Below are positions 27,075 to 32,279 of a stretch of 32,279 nt of DNA, one piece after another (the first letter of the stretch is position 1; each line of letters begins with the position of its first letter). Location of the stretch: NCBI GenBank assembly GCA_038881595.1, contig JAVZPM010000006.1, positions 1 to 32,279 on the forward strand. The letters are read 5' to 3'. Both the position numbers and the translations under genes were made by a program. The stretch comes from Candidatus Micrarchaeia archaeon (lineage in GTDB: Archaea; Micrarchaeota; Micrarchaeia; CABMEP01). Under the pieces are notes generated by a model. It had not been told where the DNA came from and made no database searches. It saw only the letters and a list, made by a program, of their open reading frames with translations.

Positions 27075-27733
27075 TTATTTCCATTCTTTCTTTTCCTTCC
27101 TCTTAATTTGCTTAAAGAGGAAATCAATCTCACGTTCTACATCTGTCTTATTTTCTGTGCTTTTCTGATTGCGCCATTCCTCAATCTTCTCCAACAGTTT
27201 TTTCAGCCTGGGATCGCTGACTCTGTTATGTGCATTTACAAACAGCTCCTCTAAGCTTTCCTTGTTTCTTCCCTGTCTTTCGTAATCAGCGGCTTGTAAA
27301 GCAGTTTCAATTACCTCAACCTGCTTAACGAATTTAGCTTCAGCACTTTTCTTTTCTTCACATTCATTGTATAAATCCAGCAATTCCTTTGCTTGGAAAT
27401 TCGGCAGAAATGTTGTGAGAGTTTCAATTGCTTTTCTTTCAAGTTCATGTTTCTTTTCATTTGAAACTATCTGCAATTCTTCCTCAGATCTAGTGGCGAT
27501 ATCTTTTGTATATACTTCACACACATCATGGATCAATGCTAATTTTATAGCTTTTTCTGAATTTATCTCTGGAAATTCTGGTGCAAGAATCAAAGTCATC
27601 AATGCAGTTCTAAAACTATGGTCTGCCACTGATTCAGCGTTTCGTACTCCTCGCATTACCCAGCCCATCCGAGCCACATCTTTCAACCTGCCAGTTAAGC
27701 TAAAGAATTTTACAAGCTTTCATAATCCATCAT
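27075..27733 (-). CDS. HD-domain hydrolase (YfbR/HDDC2-like 5'-deoxynucleotidase) with apparent 5' frameshift
   Basis: RMGW, ESVADHSFR and IHD motifs. Adding one A at 27718-27720 restores the N-terminus MMDYEKLVKFFSLTGRLK. Confidence 0.85.
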
Positions 27734-27796
27734 ACCACTTCCTTAACAATTCAACTTATTGAACGATTCAACACATTTGCAAACTTTCTTAATCTT

Positions 27797-28585
27797 TCAT
27801 AAGAATCTTTTTAGCTCATACTTCAATGAATTTATCATGCTTCTCATATCCTCTCTGTATGAGACAGGCACAGTATCCTGAAGCTCTGTTACGTCAGAAC
27901 TTTTTAGATTAACCTCATCTAGCCAATATATGGCTTCATTTAATGCTAATTTTGGATCTTTTTTAGTAATTTTTTTAATGGTCGCTAAGATTTTATTTCT
28001 GTCTGGATTCATTTTTAATCCTAGATAGCTATCATAGATGTCTTTTCCTATTGCTCTCCTGCTCAATGCAATTATTTTTCTTGCTAAAAGATGCTCAAGT
28101 GAATAAGATGGGACATAAATTGGAAGTATAGGTATTCCTAAGAACTCCAAAATAGAATGCAATTCTATCTTTTTCGCCTTATCTTTTATTGGCTGCTTTC
28201 TTGCTTCTATGAGTAAAGATTCCCAAGGTTTATTTCCATACCAAATATTCCAAACGCCAGCATCTTCTCCAAGATAGGTTTTTTCTATTCTATATTCTTT
28301 CAACTGCTGCAACAGCAAATCTATTTTATTGCAATAATTCTTGAAATTCCTCGATGGCAAGTCGATGTCAAGATCTTTTGAAAACCTTTGCTTTTCCTTA
28401 AAAAATCCTTTATTCAAAGCTGTCCCGCCATATAAAGCTGCAGGAATTCTATTTTCTTCAAGAAGATGAAATAGCTTTGGTATAAATCCGAATAATTGCA
28501 ATTCCTTTTCGAGATTGCGTAGTGGCAATCCGGATTTAGAAGAAATTTTTGTAAGATTGTCAAACATTGTTTGATCTATTTTCAT
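27797..28585 (-). CDS. abiEii: AbiEii-family nucleotidyltransferase toxin
   Basis: YGGTAL, RFSKDLD and KDIYD motifs. 4-nt overlap with the upstream antitoxin. Confidence 0.88.
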   Translation of the reverse strand: MKIDQTMFDNLTKISSKSGLPLRNLEKELQLFGFIPKLFHLLEENRIPAALYGGTALNKGFFKEKQRFSKDLDIDLPSRNFKNYCNKIDLLLQQLKEYRIEKTYLGEDAGVWNIWYGNKPWESLLIEARKQPIKDKAKKIELHSILEFLGIPILPIYVPSYSLEHLLARKIIALSRRAIGKDIYDSYLGLKMNPDRNKILATIKKITKKDPKLALNEAIYWLDEVNLKSSDVTELQDTVPVSYREDMRSMINSLKYELKRFL

Positions 28586-29424
28586 ATTATGCCTCCAAAG
28601 CTGCTCAGACTTCCAAATAACCTCTCACCCACATTATCATAAATCTTCCATTCGCTGATGTATTTTCCTTTTGTCTTAATTGTTGGATCTAAAGTTGTTA
28701 TTACGGGTCCTTTCTTTTCTAATTCTTTTTTTAATTCTCTTATAAAAAAGTCAGGCACTGTTCTAGCATTTGATTTTCTTAAGATTGATGCAATGTAACC
28801 TACTCTTTGAATAAGTGACGATGAGCCAAATCTTCTAATATAATCTAAAAATTCATTCCAATCATTAAGAGCCATATCTGCAATAGACAAAGAATAGATA
28901 ATTTGCTGAAATCCTCCTGCATATTTTGGAATCAAAAAGCAATCAAAAAAAGTTTTTGCTTTAGTTGATACACGATATCTGTCAATATAAATTGATCCTA
29001 CTGCCTTTTCTCCCAATGAAACTGTTTTGAATACCATTGTTCCGATCTTCTTTGTTTTCTTTCCTTTGCAAACTACTACATAACATACTGATGGCATTTC
29101 TGTTTTTAATCCATGCAACCATAAGGCTGTTGAGAATCCGATGTATCCTCCAAATAAGTGCTGGCCAAGAAGAAATTCATCATAAGTTTCCCCCATTGTT
29201 ACATAATAAAGTCCTTTTTTAATTTGCAGAAAAATTTTTTTCTTTATTAGAGAGCTAACAACTATCTTAAAATAGGACGGCGAAGCTATTTTCTTTGAGT
29301 TGTATATCTCTCTTAATCTATTCGTAGATATTAGTGAGTCTTTTGCTAGATGCGCCAATAACATCTGTTCTGCTGCTGTAAGTGTTAATTTCTCCCGATT
29401 TCTCCCATTACCTTCATTTATCAT
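28582..29424 (-). CDS. abiEi: AbiEi-family antitoxin/regulator
   Basis: wHTH ending KKGLYY, YIGFSTALWLHGL, KTFFDC and QRVGYI motifs. Confidence 0.85.
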   Translation of the reverse strand: MINEGNGRNREKLTLTAAEQMLLAHLAKDSLISTNRLREIYNSKKIASPSYFKIVVSSLIKKKIFLQIKKGLYYVTMGETYDEFLLGQHLFGGYIGFSTALWLHGLKTEMPSVCYVVVCKGKKTKKIGTMVFKTVSLGEKAVGSIYIDRYRVSTKAKTFFDCFLIPKYAGGFQQIIYSLSIADMALNDWNEFLDYIRRFGSSSLIQRVGYIASILRKSNARTVPDFFIRELKKELEKKGPVITTLDPTIKTKGKYISEWKIYDNVGERLFGSLSSFGGII

Positions 29425-29463
29425 TTTCTCACTTTTTCATATATAATATGATTATGTGAGAAA
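29425..29463. promoter_or_regulatory. Putative AbiEi operator: 18-bp inverted repeat with 3-bp spacer
   Basis: TTTCTCACTTTTTCATAT-ATA-ATATGATTATGTGAGAAA (15/18), between the TATA box and the start codon. Confidence 0.7.
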
Positions 29464-29639
29464 GATATAAAAGCTTATCCGTAATTTACTTGAACTATTA
29501 ATAGATGGTGGGTTTGTCTACTGGCCAAACGAGTGGTTTATACTTATAATAATTCAAAAGGATTTCTGCAGAGTCATCTGAAAGATTTTTTATTCTACAG
29601 TCCATCAACAGCTGTTTAAAAGAGCTCTGAAGTGATAAT

Positions 29640-30323
29640 TCACAGTTCAAAATCTACTTTGTTTTCTAATGCCATCTTCAAGAATGAATCTATATCTCCT
29701 GTCCATAACTTCTTCCACCTCTCAATTAATGCACTATGAGCCGGGTAACCTTTTTCTGCGTGGTTTGGAAAAAGCCTCTTGAACTGAGGAAGATTCAGCA
29801 GTATTGTGTTGATCACTTCAGATAGGTTCCACATCTGTTTCTGGGTGAAACCAAGTCCCCCAGCATAGTCATAGAACATGAAATGCAACATTTCGTGGGC
29901 AATTCCACCTAAGAATTCGTCGTCTGATTTGTTCATCCACATTTGAAATGTCTTGTCTCCCAGGTTCCTAGGATTACAATTGAAAATCGAAATGTAACAG
30001 ATGTATTTACCTTCAGGCCATTGTTTCCCTTTAAAAATCCTGCTCACTTCATCAAGGAAATCGTCTTCTATCTTGCTCCATCGTTTCTGAACTTGCGAAA
30101 GTTTATCCCTCAGTTCCTTTTCATGGTTTCTGTAATAATCATTAACCTCTTTTCTTATCAATTTCTTCCCAGTGTCAGACGTTTTATCTATTCCATCGAG
30201 TGCAGGCAACATTTTAGTAATGTTCCTGGAAAAATTTACTCCTGCTGACTTGTAGCCTAAGAAATTGTAAGCAGTCTTCATATCTTCTTGCACAGATATC
30301 TCAAACCTGACTTTTGGCTGCAT
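29640..30323 (-). CDS. Hypothetical protein with HExxH zincin motif
   Basis: IAHEMLHF...WNLSE. Confidence 0.7.
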   Translation of the reverse strand: MQPKVRFEISVQEDMKTAYNFLGYKSAGVNFSRNITKMLPALDGIDKTSDTGKKLIRKEVNDYYRNHEKELRDKLSQVQKRWSKIEDDFLDEVSRIFKGKQWPEGKYICYISIFNCNPRNLGDKTFQMWMNKSDDEFLGGIAHEMLHFMFYDYAGGLGFTQKQMWNLSEVINTILLNLPQFKRLFPNHAEKGYPAHSALIERWKKLWTGDIDSFLKMALENKVDFEL

Positions 30324-30508
30324 CTAATCAACTCTGCCTTCTTTAATTGTATATTATCATTCTAGATCTTTATTAATTTTTGCTTTCTCTTTTTTTAAAT
30401 CTTTATCGACCTTTCTTCTTGTGAATGACCACCATCTTAAAACTGCATCCACTCATATCATTACTTAATTCGAAAAAGAGACAGTAATTAGTGCTTTATT
30501 ATTTCTCG

Positions 30509-31291
30509 TTAGATTTTTTGAGCCAGAGCTATGAGTCTTTTCCATTTCTTTGGTTCTTTTTTGCCAGTACTGAAATCTCTGAAGAATTTCAATGTCCTGA
30601 ACCCCGTGAGTCGGAAAAGTAAATCAAAATCATTTGGTGAGAACAGTCTCAATCGATTTGCCTTTTCATCTTCCACTACTGGCAGTTTCTTTTTCCCTAT
30701 ATATCTGTGGTAAATTGTTTTTTCTTCTACAACCTCTAGCTCAGGGATCAGTCTCGATTTGTGGTGAGCTTCCATTCTAAGATCTCCTTTAGAAAAATGA
30801 TCGACATGTACTGTTCTAAACTCTCCTGTATAAATTTTATACCACAATGGTCCAACATCGATTAAAACAATTCCACCTTTTTTTAGATGTTGATTAATTG
30901 ATTTCAATGCTGAAATAGCATCCTCGTTTGTAACCATATACATAAATGGAGAGAACATACATATTGCAGCATCGAACTTCCTACCCAAATTCAATTTTCG
31001 CATATCCTGTATATAAAACGGTATTTTAATTCCGAGAGACGATGATTTTTTTATTGCATAATCTATCATATCCTTTGAGACATCTACACCAACTACCTCA
31101 TAATTCATCTTCTTGAGTTCAAACGCATGCCCCCCAGTTCCGCAACCGACATCTAAGACAGATTTGCATTCATAATTCATAAGTATTGAATTGATAAAGC
31201 GAACAACTTTTCTAACGTCTCCCATATACAGTTTATCATACCAATAAACCATTTCATTTGAATACAGAACATCTGACACATCTCTACTCAT
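30509..31291 (-). CDS. Class I SAM-dependent methyltransferase
   Basis: VLDVGCGTG, GVDVS, QDMR, FDAAIC and LKKGG motifs, with GGTGA SD. Confidence 0.92.
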   Translation of the reverse strand: MSRDVSDVLYSNEMVYWYDKLYMGDVRKVVRFINSILMNYECKSVLDVGCGTGGHAFELKKMNYEVVGVDVSKDMIDYAIKKSSSLGIKIPFYIQDMRKLNLGRKFDAAICMFSPFMYMVTNEDAISALKSINQHLKKGGIVLIDVGPLWYKIYTGEFRTVHVDHFSKGDLRMEAHHKSRLIPELEVVEEKTIYHRYIGKKKLPVVEDEKANRLRLFSPNDFDLLFRLTGFRTLKFFRDFSTGKKEPKKWKRLIALAQKI

Positions 31292-31427
31292 TTTCTCACC
31301 ATTCTATATTGCTAGCTCTATTAGCTATTTTTGAATGAATATTTTAAAAACTCTTTTTGTGTTATTTTGTCTCTTCTAGTTGCGCATTTAAAATTTGAAT
31401 ACTTTAATTATATTGACTTGTTAGGAA

Positions 31428-32018
31428 CTAGATAGATTCAGCCAGCTTTTTCAATTTGCTGATATTCTTTTCAAGCTGCTTGACGCTTGGACATATTGTC
31501 TCAATCGGATGCTTGGATACAAGCTGCCTTATTTTTGAAATTGCTTCACGCCTTTCATATTCATTAAGCATATGTGTATTAAAGACATTCTTTGCAATCC
31601 AAACCATCTTTTCTCTTTTCAGCTGCGGAGATGCGTAATATAATAATGGCATGTCTGTTGGAATTCTGTAAGCAGCAAGGAACTGCACATTCGCGGCAAC
31701 AGTGTTTGATGACCTTCCTAAAAGAGCAGGGTTCTCTCTTATAGTGTCTGCAGCAAAGTATCTTCTCAAGTTCTGCCAGTGTCTATGTAGTGTTTCAGGA
31801 TCCATACCGAGTAGCTGTGCATTTGATGCTATCTTTTCAGGTTCAATTCCAAAGCTTATGAGCTTTGCATATGCTGCATTGACTGTTTCAATTGGCGCAC
31901 CTTGTAACAGCTCGAGATTATTCTGAGTGAGTTTTTCAAAGTATGATCCTAATAATCTACAAAGATTCGCAATTCTGCTTTCACGCTCATCTGATGTAAG
32001 AGGTATTCCACTTGTCAT
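31428..32018 (-). CDS. Helical repeat protein resembling mTERF repeats
   Basis: About 31-aa periodic units: NLELLQGAPIETV, NAQLLGMDPETL, NPALLGRSSNTV...VQFL, MPLLYYASPQ. Confidence 0.55.
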   Translation of the reverse strand: MTSGIPLTSDERESRIANLCRLLGSYFEKLTQNNLELLQGAPIETVNAAYAKLISFGIEPEKIASNAQLLGMDPETLHRHWQNLRRYFAADTIRENPALLGRSSNTVAANVQFLAAYRIPTDMPLLYYASPQLKREKMVWIAKNVFNTHMLNEYERREAISKIRQLVSKHPIETICPSVKQLEKNISKLKKLAESI

Positions 32019-32039
32019 ACAAACAATATGCTTATGATA

Positions 32040-32054
32040 TATATAAACTTTTCG
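32040..32054 (-). promoter_or_regulatory. BRE-TATA promoter of the mTERF-like gene
   Basis: Minus strand CGAAAAG-TTTATATA, with TATA starting 29 nt before ATG 32018. Confidence 0.75.
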
Positions 32055-32061
32055 TTTTATC

Positions 32062-32279
32062 GGCTTTGTAGAAATCTACGATGAGAAAATAGTTTTATCT
32101 TTTAAGAGGGATTTTATGGCAGATATCAAAACCAAAAGTATTGAGGAAGAAATCACATCAAATGTTAAGGATGCTTTGAACCAGAACAAAATACGGTATG
32201 GTTGCGTATAATGACGATTATCTAGACTCTTCTTCCTCATCAGCTTCCAAACTATTTTCTAATCTTTCTCCAGAATCAT
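32062..32279. mobile_element. Partial IS5-related element (same end as 1..353, inverted)
   Basis: Starts GGCTTTGTAGAAATC. Reverse complement of 136-353 at about 94% identity. Confidence 0.85.

Noticed and set aside
22929..27733. Alternative genetic code or programmed frameshifting
   Set aside because: The breaks are single indels without slippery heptamers, and all three stop codons terminate genes normally.
17470..32018. Classical integron cassette array
   Set aside because: No integrase and no recurring attC-like sites. The genes carry their own promoters.
1..32279. Linear replicon or virus with terminal inverted repeats
   Set aside because: The IS-type TIRs face the interior, the copies differ by about 6%, and no replication or virion genes are present.

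Overview
AT-rich (roughly 30% GC by eye) archaeal DNA. Evidence: BRE-TATA promoters (CGAAANN-TTTATAWA) about 30 nt before leaderless ATGs, and GGTGA/GGAG Shine-Dalgarno sites. Gene content suggests a DPANN-type archaeon (inference). The window is bounded by two inverted, about 94% identical ends of an IS5-family-related element. A decayed IS5-family element (362-1270) has a stop-less transposase that reads through into a secreted lytic-transglycosylase gene. The left part (1.3-10.4 kb) encodes the transglycosylase, a DNase I-like nuclease, a soluble histidine kinase, a HAD hydrolase, two receiver-like proteins and secreted hypotheticals. The rest is an accessory/defence-like island: two AAA_14/DUF4143 ATPases, two type IV TA-like pairs, a solo Cas4-like nuclease, a CPBP protease, a MazG-like plus DUF2075 helicase pair, Fic, GNAT, TraB/TIKI, HD, zincins, a methyltransferase and an mTERF-like repeat protein. 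Four signals stand out. (1) IS ends sit exactly 14 nt upstream of host TATA boxes in the same orientation, suggesting promoter-anchored transposition. (2) An export leader is shared by the peptidoglycan hydrolase and two divergent paralogues. (3) An ATPase gene is bracketed by 53-bp direct repeats with an 11-6-11 palindromic core. (4) A duplicated module looks like integration into a gene's 5' end. No CRISPR array, rRNA or tRNA was recognised. All protein assignments are from motifs read by eye, not from database searches.
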